Positions 52,316 to 64,000 of a DNA stretch of 64,000 bases are shown here, one piece after another. Source of the DNA: Amphiscolops sp. MND2022 (lineage: Eukaryota); contig OZ076410.1 of assembly GCA_964187785.1 (NCBI GenBank), positions 11,842,001-11,906,000 of the forward strand, written 5' to 3'. A program made the translations under genes and the position numbers. Position 1 is the first letter of the stretch. Every line of letters starts with the position of its first letter. The notes beneath the pieces were generated by a model that ran no database searches, was not told the DNA's origin, and saw nothing but the letters and a program-made list of their open reading frames with translations.

Positions 52316-53890
52316 TGTCGCACGCATGGGTGAAATTTGTTTATTAGTTTTAATCTGTCAAGTCCTTGTTTGCATTTTACAAGGTACTATCTCGCGACGG
52401 TTCTGTTATTGATTTAACAAGTATAAGTCCCAACAAATAAATTAGCAACTTACTGATAAAGGGGTGCCTTGCGTGTACGTGCGAACAAAGGAAATTGCGT
52501 GAGTCGCGCAAGGCGGTGTTTGTAAATGAGCTTCCCGTTTACTGAAAATGTATGGTGAATAAATATGTTTAATTACGAATGAGTTGAGAATATTGAAAGT
52601 GAACAATTTCTGGACATAGCAATATTTCTTTCAATTGTTACAAATCTCAGATTAATAAAGATTACAACTTCACTTTACAAGAAGAAGTAATATAACTTTT
52701 ACAATTTATCATTTAAGAAAATGAAACTATTTACAAATAATAAGAATTTCCCTTTTTCTTCGGAAATTTTTTTCTCAAACAAAATTTACAAATCCGTACT
52801 ATTTTAAACGGAAGAGTTTTGATTTAGATGTCTCTATTCAGTAGAAAGTTGAATAGCATTAAGACTTTTTCATAATATGACACTTTAAAACTTCAATCAT
52901 CCCTTTTCTTATGTGAGTTTATGTAACTTCAACCTCATAGAAATTTAGTTCTAATAAGAATAGTCTAAGCTAAAGTTTGGTCAACCGCAGAATTGAAATC
53001 AGCGGAAAATAGTCTAAGTTAAGGTTTTGGAAACCGCCGAGTTTAAATCAGCGGAAAATAGTCTAAGTTAAAGTTTTGGAAACCGCCGAGTTTAAATCAG
53101 CGGAAAATAGTCTAAGTTAAAGTCTCAGAGAGAGTGAAATCTCTACTGAAAGGTCTAAATAGTCAGACTCACCAAACCGGAGACGAAATTGAAGAGAAAT
53201 TTCTAAGTTAGAAATTTCTTGTAAGGGAAGATTGGTTCTGGAAGTTGAAGTTAAATCAAGGATGAGTGGAGAAATATTCCAAGATGCAAGGGTATGATCA
53301 AAAGAGAATTATTGGATCTGAGTTATTAAGCAAGAAGTTTTGTTGAGTTAAATAGAAATCGGAATTGAAAGTGAAGGCGAGAAATAGACTTTCTAAGTCT
53401 GAAGGGGAAGATAATAGTAAAGGGAGAGGAAAGGGGGTAAAGTAAGAAAGAAGAGCAGGGGTGAGGGGAGAGAAGTGGAAGAGAAGAGAAGAGAAACGAG
53501 AGCTATTAAGTTTAAGCTCTGTCCGTTTCGATAAGTGAATGAATCTCCTCGCCTGCGTTGGCCGTATATATACAGCCAAGCATTTCTTATCGTGTGCTGC
53601 GTAGCAGGCATGGTTTACATGCCACCAATCATAGCTGTTTTCGTATTTCAAATATACGCGGTATAATATAGAATTCTTCACTTGTGCAATTCCTTTCTCG
53701 TCACAGTACTTCATCATCATTATTTCCACGTTATGGCCGCCGCCTTATGGCCGCCATCTTTATCTACAACTCTCTCCCCCATAAACAAACGTTAGTTCTA
53801 GTTCATGTTTGTTTCTGTATTTGTTAGTTAAATATAGACTGCACTTTAGCACCTAATTATGTTTGTTAAAGCGTTAGTCATAACGCGACA
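52316..53890 (-). repeat. Element 2 5' LTR (1575 bp)
   Basis: Direct repeat of 36180-37754; TATA at 53565-53572 with an Inr-like sequence ~30 nt downstream. Confidence 0.96.
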
Positions 53891-54057
53891 ATTTCATTGG
53901 TTAATATGGTAGACAAAGTATACACGTCATTGGTCTGAATATATGGCAAAAAGATAATATGTGAATGGTGAATTATTTCAGCGAATGGATGAAGATGAAT
54001 TGAGAGTTTATCAACTCTGAGGGAGCTCGAGCAGATCTGCGGTATAGATGCCACCTT

Positions 54058-54423
54058 ATTTTTAGTCGGCTGTGGCAAATTTTTTCTTGCTCGGAGGTTT
54101 TCGGTTAAGGAAAATAGTAGAAAAAGTAAATATGTCTTCAAAGCAGAGAAAAATGTTTTTTTTTTTGCACAAAAAATGGTTATATTTTTCCAAAATTCAG
54201 TTTTCTCGAAAGTCTTCGACCAATAGAAAAAAAGCGACCCGAAAAAACTCCGAAGTTTGGATTTTTCAAGTTAGGGTAAAAAGGTTTTCGAGTATCATAG
54301 GTATTCCTTCGGGTATTTTCTGGCACTGAAATTGATAAAATTTGTCACAATACTGTCCGTTCGCATATTCAAAACACTTTGCTCTTTTTGAACCTTGAGC
54401 GGGGCACCGACTTGGGCTTGTTT
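54058..54423 (+). mobile_element. Helentron/HINE-like repeat (degenerate)
   Basis: ttttagtcggc...gcaccgacttgggcttgttt. Confidence 0.45.
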
Positions 54424-54572
54424 AAAATGCCCTCCTTTCAAGGTGGGGTATTTTCTCTGACGGCTTTTTCTTCAACAAACGGATCCCGATTTTTCTCAAT
54501 TTTCCAAATCATTTACGCACACTTTCTGATGAACCGAATAGCGACAACGTGAACACAAAGATGACGACTAAC

Positions 54573-54767
54573 TTTGTGGGACAAGGGATCTTTCCGCAGA
54601 CATTTCCTCCAAGTTTTCGCCGCCGCCGCCGCTGTGCTGATTATCAGGGGCGGCCACTAGAGAAGAGTTGAAGTCTGTCTTGAGTGAAGACAGCTGCTGA
54701 CTCAGCAGATCGGCAAACAGTCGCATTTGTCCAGCCTTCTCGCGAATATCCTCAGAAACATCGTCTG
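54573..54767 (-). CDS. PLEKHA8: FAPP2-like exon 4
   Basis: gtttag|CAG (NAGNAG), A|gttagt; IREKAGQMRLFADLLSQQL versus human LKTKMSELRLYCDLLVQQV. Confidence 0.82.
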
Positions 54768-55910
54768 CTAAACATCATCAAGGTTCTTGCTACTCCTAAC
54801 CACTTTTGACATTGCTGAGTTCTTTCGCTAATCGCTAAAACGCTAAATTAATTTCAAAATCGCTATTTCGCTGAAAAACTTTTTCTTCAAACTATTAAAT
54901 GGTTTTTTGAAGTTGGTTTTAAAATAACTTAATTCAGTTTTGCAAGAGAGAAGACTATAATTTTTCATACTGCATGGGTTTTAAAGATGAAGAGCTGGAA
55001 TTTTCGATAATCATTTTGAAACCCCGTGTTAGATTCTGAGGAATTTTGATTCTGGACATTCTATTAGTAGCCGCTAATTTGAATAGCTAATGTAATCGCT
55101 AAAAAACCCATACGCGGCCACTAAATCGCTAATTAGCGGTGTCAAAACTCTGATCCTAGCGATTAAATTCTTGAGGAAAGAGGAAAACCGAAGGAAACCA
55201 CGTTCAACAGTTAATAGAATGATAACTCATCAAATGATAACTCATCATGATAACTCATCAAACCAAATTTATCACAATGAATTATTACTTCGATAAACCT
55301 GCAGCAAGATTTGAATGCCATAGCCAGAAATGATCATTTTTATAAAATGATTAAAAGGGATTAAAATGATTAATTTATTTCAAAAATTAATTCAATGATT
55401 CTACAATTTCTATGAATAGAAATAACTTCTTGAGCTTCTAACTATTCCTGATATCACATTGGCGGCAGGTTTGCTGAATCCCCAGAAAAGTTGTGGAAAT
55501 TTGATGACTGTTGAAAAACAGAGAAAGGAGCATTATTTTTAAATGAAAAACGATAGCTTTTGATTAACTCTGATTTATAGAAGAATATGTTCAAAAGAGT
55601 ATTCTGAGACAATTTTGAATTATTTCATCATTGTTTTGCGGATAATTTTCGAGGAATTAATCATTTCTGGAATAATTCGAGGAATCTGAACCCTGTCGAA
55701 CATTCGATTGTTAGAGAAAAACATTTCCAGCGAAATAGCGAATTTGAAATAAGCGGTTTAGCGAAAAAAAAATTAGCTATGTCAAAATCTTCCTGGGAAG
55801 ATCGGAAAACTGAAGAGATTACTCAAACAATCATTTCTCCAAATTGATCACAATTACATTTTGATTAATCTCCAACAAGATTTGAATGCCATAGCAGACA
55901 GACATCATAC

Positions 55911-56169
55911 CTTGGTATTTGGCGGCTTTGTTGAGAATTAAGTTATTGTTACTACTATTGCACAGAGGGCCAGAGTTGCCGGGAAGAGAGGATGAAACGA
56001 TGACGTCACTGGACCTGACAGCGGCGGCATGTTCATGTCCATTTGTGGTAGCTGCGGTGGGCGAGAAGCTGCTACTCTTGCGGCTCCGGCAGGCCTTGGC
56101 CGTGGAGAACGCCACCAACCAGTCCTGTCTGTCCCGCGCAGACTGCGCTCGGATGCAGTAGCAGATGCT
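55911..56169 (-). CDS. PLEKHA8: FAPP2-like exon 3 (end of PH domain)
   Basis: tttcag|AGC, G|gtatga; IRAQSARDRQDWLVAFSTAKAC versus human LKARSVAERQRWLVALGSAKAC. Confidence 0.88.
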
Positions 56170-56246
56170 CTGAAACATAGCACAGGCTTAGTTAGTATCC
56201 ACAAACTATAGAGGCAGAATGCTTTTGCACACGATCAAAAGACCTC

Positions 56247-56708
56247 TTTTTTAGTCGGCGCTTCATGAAGTGAAACGCGACTATTATAGTGACTCTTTTT
56301 TTCAATACACGCGAACTGACCAAAATAGTTAAAAAGTTCTACGAAATTATATTGTCCCAAATTGAATCATTCGGCCTAGCGAACTGAGCCAAAAAAGTTT
56401 TTCATTTTTTTCGCGTAACATACAATACCGGGCGAGACTAAAGAGTTCCCCCTTCCAGTTTTTTTCGGCATTGTGGGACTTTTTTTCGAATTTTTTTCAC
56501 CAAAGGGTCCCCCCTTCAAGTTTCTTGATGTTTTGCGATAGAATGGATGTTGAAAACTCCCAAAGGGTCCCCCCTTTTACCGCACCAATTCGGTCCAACT
56601 TTTGGGTTTTTCGGGTACTGTAAAAGAGAATACTTGACACTTAGCTAGTCCTTTTGCTATTTTTGAGCCTTAGATATGGCGCCGACTTATGCCGTTCCCG
56701 GCTTGTTT
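56247..56708 (+). mobile_element. Helentron/HINE-like repeat
   Basis: ttttagtcggcgc...ggcgccgacttatgccgttcccggcttgttt. Confidence 0.6.
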
Positions 56709-57226
56709 GACAACTCATTGCTAGCCAAAAACTTGGACTTGGTTGGTTTAAAATGGACTTTCAGAAAACTTCGAACAGTTCTCTGGATGTTCTAGATTTA
56801 GTTGTTGCTAACACATCGAACGCCAAGAGATAGGCGACAGTTCATTTGGCCGACCCGATTGAATATGATTGCATATCAGCAAAAAATTCTCAACTTTGTT
56901 ATATAACTAGAATCAAAAGTTATATGTGCATCAAAAGTTTGTTTGTGGACACGCGTACTATTTCTCATTTTATTTTAAAAGGATACAAAATAAATTGAAT
57001 GATTTTGTGTCAAGATCAGCTCAATTTCCTCATTTTTATGAAAACCTAATTTCATTCTTTTCAAATTATGAACTCAATTTTAGTTCTAATTCCGCTGTTC
57101 TCAAATTATTTAGTCGGCCAATTGACCTAGCACCCAAGAACCAAGAAACATTCCATTCGAGAACCCCCCCCTCCAACCCCTTCGTGACGTCAGTGATAAG
57201 TGACAGAGAGACAGATGTAGACGTAC

Positions 57227-57396
57227 CTGAGAGGGGATGGTGAGGTCCAGCCTGCACTGGTCGGAGGGGTGCACGTTCAGTTGGCAGGAGGACAGTTTCA
57301 CGGCCCCTCTGCACCCTCTGCCGACCTCGTCGGGGCTGCGGAAGTAGGTCAGCGAGTCCTTGTCCGACTCCAACACGAAGTACCTCTGCTGCCAGC
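57227..57396 (-). CDS. PLEKHA8: FAPP2-like exon 2 (PH domain)
   Basis: tttgcag|GC, CAG|gtacgt; WQQRYFVL...RGCRGAVKLSSCQLNVHPSDQCRLDLTIP. Confidence 0.9.
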
Positions 57397-58604
57397 CTGC
57401 AAACACCAAACACACACACACTTCAGAAATGGTGATATCAAAAGTTAGTTGCTACCATGATGAAGTATCAGTAGTCTACATAACAGATAATGAAACTTCA
57501 AATAGTATCTTTTAGGACTGAAAGTATACCTTTCCCACTCAAGATATACAGTAGGATGCCAAAAGTTTACGAACACCTAGTATTTTGTAGATTTCTCAAA
57601 TTTACAGTGAAAAAAAAAACATGTTTAAAAAGTCACGGTTCGGTGTTTGTTGCTCAAGCATCTCTTGATCAAGCGGGCTTCCACAATGGATACCCGGTAC
57701 TAGAATTCAGTGTGCTGTTTTATTGCAATTTTACCTTTGTTCGATCATGACTTTAAAACTCATGCTTTATTGAAATGCTCTGAAAAACAGCAATACATAG
57801 TGTCATCTGTTTCAACAATGCCAAACTACCGAACTTTTTCAAAAATACATCAAATTTCTCGTCGTTGCAGGACATCATCAGCACGTTATAATTAAACTAT
57901 CACTCAGCCGCTTTTGCTACACAACGAGGACACGTAAGTTGGTTTTCACAGGGTTGTCAGACCGAGCCAATGGAATTCGAGAAATTCAAAACTAACCTTT
58001 GGCACAATTTCCGCTAATTTTAAAGATTATAATACCATTTAGTGCTATTTTGATGTTTGGAAGCAATGCAATGTTCTAGGGTTTTCATTGAGTAATATTG
58101 CGCTCCATCAACAGCATCGCCAAATAAGCAATATCATACGGAGAACCAACGGTAAAAGGACATAATTGTTAAAATTTCATCAATTTTACAGCGCAAAAAA
58201 ATACCCGAAGGGATACGCATAAATCTCGAAAACCATTCTTCCCCAACTGGAAACATCAAAAAAACCCATCTTTCTAAACCGACATTTCAAAAAAGTTACG
58301 TACTTTATTGTAAATTGGTCATTTTTGGACTAAATTTGGCTAGGTTTCTCAGATCCCAGTCATGCCATTTTTAATGCCATTGCACACGCAAGAGCGCCTT
58401 TGGGGGCAGAATGACTGTGCAAAATGTTATAAAAATCGTATGTACGGTTTTTGAGAAATTCGGATGTTCTCATTGAAAGGTCCAGAAAAAAAGGTACCAG
58501 TGCATAAGTAGTCGAAAATTTTTGACGGACTCCTTAAAAATGTCGAACACCAATGCTGAAATTGGCATAGATAATATGAATACTGAGATGACTGACTAAG
58601 TAAC

Positions 58605-58671
58605 CTGATAAATAGTTGGTCCATTTATACAGATAGCCTTCCTTCTTCGTTGTCACCATTGGCGATTCCAT
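58605..58671 (-). CDS. PLEKHA8: FAPP2-like exon 1
   Basis: [23 protein letters not shown]|gttact versus human [14 protein letters not shown]. Confidence 0.85.
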
Positions 58672-59632
58672 GCTGCGGCGGCTGTTGCTTCGAGATCTGG
58701 CACATCTCACCAATGCGAAGCTTCACACCATTGTACTTAGCTCACATTCTCCCAAATCTGAAAAACAATCGCTATGGTTGGTTCACTACGGCCATAAACC
58801 AAGGAAATCAAAATTATACACTAGGGTACCAAAACGTTAGACACTCAATTTCGCGGAAAAAAATTCAAACGGCAATAAACTTTGCATTTTATTTCGATCA
58901 AAACTAAAGGTATATTTTCTTCATTTTGACTAGAATTACAATGTTGTTTTGTTTTAAAATCAGGCAAAAATTATAACACCTAGCTTATTTTTGACTTTTG
59001 TCTTCTATTAAATTTACTATGCACTATCTCAAAAACAATTTTATCTCTGTTCGTAACAAAAAAAGTTGGGACAAACTTTGTACACTTGATTCAGATCCAA
59101 AACTGTTGATTTCAACTTTTTCTGAAAACACCCTCCTTGAAAATTTACACCACAAAATGATCGCAAAATGCGAATCCCTCACTTTTTATTCTGTAAAATA
59201 TATTGTTTCGACGGAATGACAACAGTTTTCGTCTGTTAATTTCTGAAGGAAGCATCTTCAGAGAAAGATTTCAAATTGAAAGTTCAAGAACAGTGTCAAA
59301 GCTACAAAAATGATCGAAAGAGCTTTTTATCCTGACCAATAGTTTTTGAGACGTTGCGTAATGAAATTCGATAACTTTTGAAATTCAGATTCGAATTCGA
59401 AACAAAAATACAGTTGTACTTCTGATCAAAATTCGAGACTTTTTTGTAAAACGAACATAAAAAATATTGCGCTTCGAAAATTTTCGTTGGCCAAGTCAAG
59501 TTTCTTTAGCTTTTTGGTACCCTAGTCCAACGCTTTTTGGAACCCACCAAAAAAGCGCAATTCAAAAATAGACAATTGTTGATAATTATAGACAAAAATA
59601 ATATTTAGTTGAGAGAAGTAAAATAGAGGAGA

Positions 59633-59922
59633 CTAGAGTTTGTCCAATAGATAGGGTGTGAAATAAGAAATGACGATGTTGGCTCCTGCCCTGTGAAAAG
59701 CGTGAAGAGCTTCCATGACCACTGCGTCCAGATTGAGAGCTCCGGCATTTGCGGCGTGCATCAACATGGCGTACTCGCCAGACACCTGGTAGACAGCCAG
59801 AGGATAGTCCGGATACTTGTCACGTGCCGATTTGACCACATCCAGATACATCATGCCAGGCTTGACCATGATGATGTCAGCGCCTTCCTCCACGTCTCGT
59901 TTCAACGCCCTGTTCGCCAGAC
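59633..59922 (-). CDS. ALAD: ALAD last coding exon
   Basis: tttcag|GT; [11 protein letters not shown] (catalytic Lys), [21 protein letters not shown]. Confidence 0.95.
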
Positions 59923-60386
59923 CTGAAAAAGCGAAAGTACAGTCGAACTCGGATAAAAGAAACATTCGGATATAAGAAACGTTTTCACACCTCCGCTTTT
60001 ATGCAAGGCAAACTTTCCACGTTAATAGGGCAACTGATAAAAGAAACTATGGATAAAAAAACTCTTTTCGTACCGCCCTATGTGTTTCTTTTATCAGAGT
60101 TTGACTGTAATTCATTTCCGCAATGCAAAATGATTTATCAAGTTCATGATTTAGAGCATTCAAAGACGCAATCTTCGAAAACAATTGATTTCCAACAATT
60201 TAAAGCAACAAAACAAAATTAAATCCAGAGCAGGAAACAGGTGTACGAGAGAGTTTGGCGTGCTTCTTTAGAAAGCCAGATTTTTTGCGGCGTATATTCA
60301 AAAGAGAAATACAACAAAGGCTTCATTTGTGGTATTCTCGGCACAGGGAAACATTCTTCGAGCAAATTATAATCCGAAAAACTATC

Positions 60387-60835
60387 TTTTCAGCCGGCGC
60401 TTTATGAAATAATTGTGAAATAAAACTATCATTAGGAACTTTTCGTGACCATTCGATGCCGAATGCCACAATCCAGAACTCTACCAATTGGCAAATTAGT
60501 CGGAAGAAACTATACTTATTCGCATTAAAGGAAATTTGAGTGTTATTTTTGGAAATGGGCCACTTTTTTCGAAAATCAATTTTACAAAAGGGTCCCTTTT
60601 GATATTTTTGGAATAAGAAAAGGGTTCTTTTTTGGTAATTTCAGGATTTCCCCCTTTGGATTTTTCGGCACTGTGCGACTTTTTTTGGGGAAAATTTTTA
60701 TTTTATTTCTTGCTGTGGTTTTTTCCGGTACCGTGATATTGAGAATTCAGTCAAAAGAGAATCTTTGAGGCTTTGGTTTCTGTGTATTTTTTGAGCCTTC
60801 AGCCGGGCACCGACTTATCCGTTATCGCCTCGTTT
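60387..60835 (+). mobile_element. Helentron/HINE-like repeat (degenerate)
   Basis: ttttcagccggcgc...gcaccgacttatccgttatcgcctcgttt. Confidence 0.45.
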
Positions 60836-61243
60836 GCAGTAATTAGCTTTGATCGCAGTGTTGGAAAAAAATCGGAATTTTATTTAAAAAATAAAAAAAA
60901 AACGGATTTTTTCATTTAAATCGGATTTTTAAAATTTAAATCAAAGTCACATACAGTGTTAGTTTGAAAACATTTTTACTGCGCAACCTTTCATAATTTA
61001 GATGGTACACTTAGAAAGCATAATATAATACTTCACAATCATCGGGAGATGTTCAGGATTTTCAGAACGAATGTGTATTTTCATGTATTAAATGGCAATT
61101 TAACGTGTATTCAATTCCTATTCAAATATTTAAATCAGCCAACAATGCTTGACCGGGGTACCAACTAGATTCAACTGTTCTCAACTTGGTAAGTGTTGGA
61201 AAAAATTGCGGGAAGTTTTCGGCATTGGCAAATACATTTTTTA

Positions 61244-61876
<633 letters not shown>

Positions 61877-61935
61877 AGTTTTCCGCCTAGTATTTTTAAC
61901 CATATGTTTTCGACGAGTTTCCTAGATTCGTGTAC

Positions 61936-62189
61936 CTGCGTGGGCGTACTTCAGAGCGACTTCGGCTATCCTGCGAATGGATGACGCATTATCTATCACT
62001 GAACTGCCTTCGCCTTGGCTCCCTACTGTTGTCGTGAGTACCCCGCAATGTCCGTGACTAGTGTAGGCACATAGGCACACATCCGCACACACCAACAGAG
62101 AAGGGAATGTCTTCCTGAGCAGTTTGATGGCTCTCACCACCGGGTTCTCGTCACAGTCGCCCGCTTGGCCATCCCCCGATTTTTGGAGT
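61936..62189 (-). CDS. ALAD: ALAD coding exon 2
   Basis: ttccag|A, G|gtacac; ADVCLCAYTSHGHCG Zn-binding motif. Confidence 0.95.
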
Positions 62190-62954
62190 CTGGAAAGGAA
62201 AAAAAAACAAAATTTTGATGAAACGCTGAGAAGTTGAGTGTCTACGAATTTTTGGAAGTCTGAAGCAGTGGTGGACTTTCTAAATAAGATTTTAGTGCCA
62301 AAATGTCATCGATCTACAGAAATCGTTTGGCTACGACAGCCTTCCCTCGTGGACTATGGCACTTATAGAGAACTGTACCGTATCTGCTTGACGACGGGTC
62401 GAGCTACAGCACCACAGGCAGAGAACTTAACAGTGAGATTCACTTGCCTCGAAATTTTGTTAGAATATTGTTCTGTTTTCCAACTACGACCGAACAAATT
62501 TTTTTTTGCACACGCAGAAAGCCAAAAAATACTGTACATCATTTCCACATGTGTTGAGAAAACTCTCACTTCTCCACAAGACCAAAAAATGATCAATGAG
62601 GTCACCCTTATGACTAGGAAAAGAAATTTCCTCATAGAAAGCCTCAAAAATTGGAAAAACATGAAAATTTTCCACAACTTTCAAATGAACCTTCGATAAG
62701 TCGCATTGTCGAAAAAACCTAAGGTGGCCTTCTATTCTCGCAAAACGCTTTGTTTCCGCTTAAAATCCAAAGGGGTACTCCGGTTGAAAAAACTGCTCAA
62801 AAAAGTCGCACAGTGCCGACAACATCTCAACGTTGGTCTCCCCTCTCTTTTGCAAACAAACTAAAAAATTTTGTTTAGTGCGAGACTCAAACCCTGGTGC
62901 TCCTGCTCCTCAGACCCCTCACGAGGCCTGGAAATCTGAGTTTTCTTGAAAAGA

Positions 62955-63388
62955 GCCGACTATAGTCATGGCTTTTCGTCAGTGTTTTTTTAATTCCTGA
63001 AGAGACCAAAATAGTTCTACCAAAAGTTCTACAAAATTTTAAATTGCCCCTGTTGGCCCAGGGAACTGAACCAAAAAGAATTTCCGCGGAACATACAATA
63101 CCGGACGAGACCAAAGGGTCTCCCCTTTAGATTTTTTTGGCATTGAGACTTTTTTCGGAAAAAAAATTTCCCCCGAAGGGTCCCCCTTTCAATTTTTTTT
63201 GGAATTTTGCGACAGAATGGATGTTGAAAAATCCCAAAAGGTCCCCCCTTTCAATTTTTTTCGGCATTGTGACACTTCAAAAAATAATTTTCGGGGGCTG
63301 TAAAAAAGAATACTTTGACACTTTGAAGTCTTTTTGCTATTTTTGAGCCTTGGATATGGCGCCGACTTGGGCCGGTCCCAGCTTATTT
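62955..63388 (+). mobile_element. Helentron/HINE-like repeat
   Basis: Same internal sequence and 3' end gatatggcgccgacttgggccggtcccagc as other copies. Confidence 0.55.
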
Positions 63389-63602
63389 TAAAATGGTTTT
63401 GCTTCGTCGCGCGTAGAAAACACTATCTATGCTTTCTTCTCAACTTCGGAGTGATTAAGTTGAATTGATCTTATTTGCTTAGATTAGGATCCGTTGAGAT
63501 CCTGTCGTATCGAATCCCCGTCAAAATTGAAACTCCCTGTCACCTCTTTTTCTTCATTCGCTCGCAATAATAATTGCACAATACATGAACATGCAAACTA
63601 AC

Positions 63603-63880
63603 TTTTCAATAACGCCAAACAAGAGCACACTCTTCAAACCCTTCGCGATCAAAGGCTGCACATTCTCGACCAACTTGTCGACACTGAAGCGCATTTGTCC
63701 GGGCAGAGAGTCAATCTTTTCCACAGTGGCCTCGCCATCTGTCACAAACAGGGGGTAGATCAAGCTGTCTGCACAGGGGCCGGGGTTGCACGAGGACTGC
63801 CATTTGCGCAACAGGGGGTGGAAGAACCCAGAGTGCAGACTGCTTACGTCATAGCCCCCTGCCCTCTCAGCCACCGACAT
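63603..63880 (-). CDS. ALAD: Delta-aminolevulinic acid dehydratase (porphobilinogen synthase) coding exon 1; the four exons total 344 aa
   Basis: LHSGFFHPLLRKWQ...LIYPLFVTD...SLPGQMRF...GLKSVLLFGV; AA|gttagt; the ATG follows an acceptor, implying an upstream UTR exon. Confidence 0.93.
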
Positions 63881-64000
63881 CTGAAAATGGTAGGAAGTGT
63901 TCAGTACATGTCATGACTAGGTTAAACTAATGAAAGTTTATCTCAACTCCAGTGAATTGATGTATGAAACATTACTAAGATAACGAGTATCCGTATACTG

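Larger units (their letters stand above)
36180..53890 (-). mobile_element. Element 2: full-length env-bearing Ty3/Gypsy LTR retroelement (17.7 kb) with many accessory ORFs, in FAPP2 intron 4
   Basis: TGTCG...CGACA LTRs 36180-37754 and 52316-53890; 4-bp TSD ATTT (36176-36179, 53891-53894); PBS; gag, pol (PR-RT-RH-IN with Gypsy-type RNase H) and env. Confidence 0.96.
3685..58671 (-). other. PLEKHA8: PLEKHA8/FAPP2-like gene span (PH domain + glycolipid-transfer GLTP domain), 13 coding exons
   Basis: Exons 58605-58671, 57227-57396, 55911-56169, 54573-54767, 35786-35883, 33549-33716, 32750-33032, 29423-29495, 28786-28871, 28641-28699, 28033-28151, 22880-23012, 3685-3897. All GT-AG, phases consistent, total 1923 nt = 640 aa + stop. 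N-terminal [21 protein letters not shown] and C-terminal GLTP motifs match FAPP2. Confidence 0.85.

Noticed and set aside
4695-53890. The two elements have almost the same total length (17812 and 17711 bp)
   Set aside because: LTR sizes differ greatly, so packaged RNA lengths would differ; probably coincidence.
55220-55262. Short gataactcatca tandem repeat, plus microsatellites at ~12207, 35696 and 43885
   Set aside because: Ordinary slippage repeats.

Overview
AT-rich animal (invertebrate-like) genomic DNA with GT-AG introns; I cannot identify the species. Two host genes lie on the minus strand: a 4-coding-exon ALAD/porphobilinogen synthase (63880-59633) and, under 1 kb downstream, a 13-exon PLEKHA8/FAPP2-like gene (PH + GLTP domains, 58671-3685, 640 aa as reconstructed by hand). 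A probable exon of a third, unidentified gene lies at 1841-2113. About 35.5 kb of the FAPP2 introns are two very young, full-length, envelope-bearing Ty3/Gypsy LTR retroelements, both in the gene's orientation. Element 1 (4695-22506, TSD CAGAC) has 3679-bp LTRs that each carry an antisense KDM2/7-like JmjC dioxygenase ORF, then gag, a -1 frameshifted pol with a TARG1/OARD1-like macrodomain between RNase H and integrase, a class I (F-like) env and an NLS-bearing accessory ORF. Element 2 (36180-53890, TSD ATTT, 1575-bp LTRs) is organised like a complex retrovirus. It has gag, a -1 frameshifted pol with a TARG1-like macrodomain before RT, four apparently paralogous small ORFs, an internal antisense gene, a duplicated 101-bp pseudoknot-forming element, a chuvirus/gB-like (class III) env, an ATG-less exon that can splice in frame to the env N-terminus, and a PAM2-coiled coil-TRAF/MATH protein. 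The rest is hAT MITEs, Helentron/HINE-like repeats, a Tc1-like remnant, a 2290-bp tandem duplication and a 221-bp palindrome. All domain calls come from motif recognition by eye; no searches were run, so novelty is unverified.
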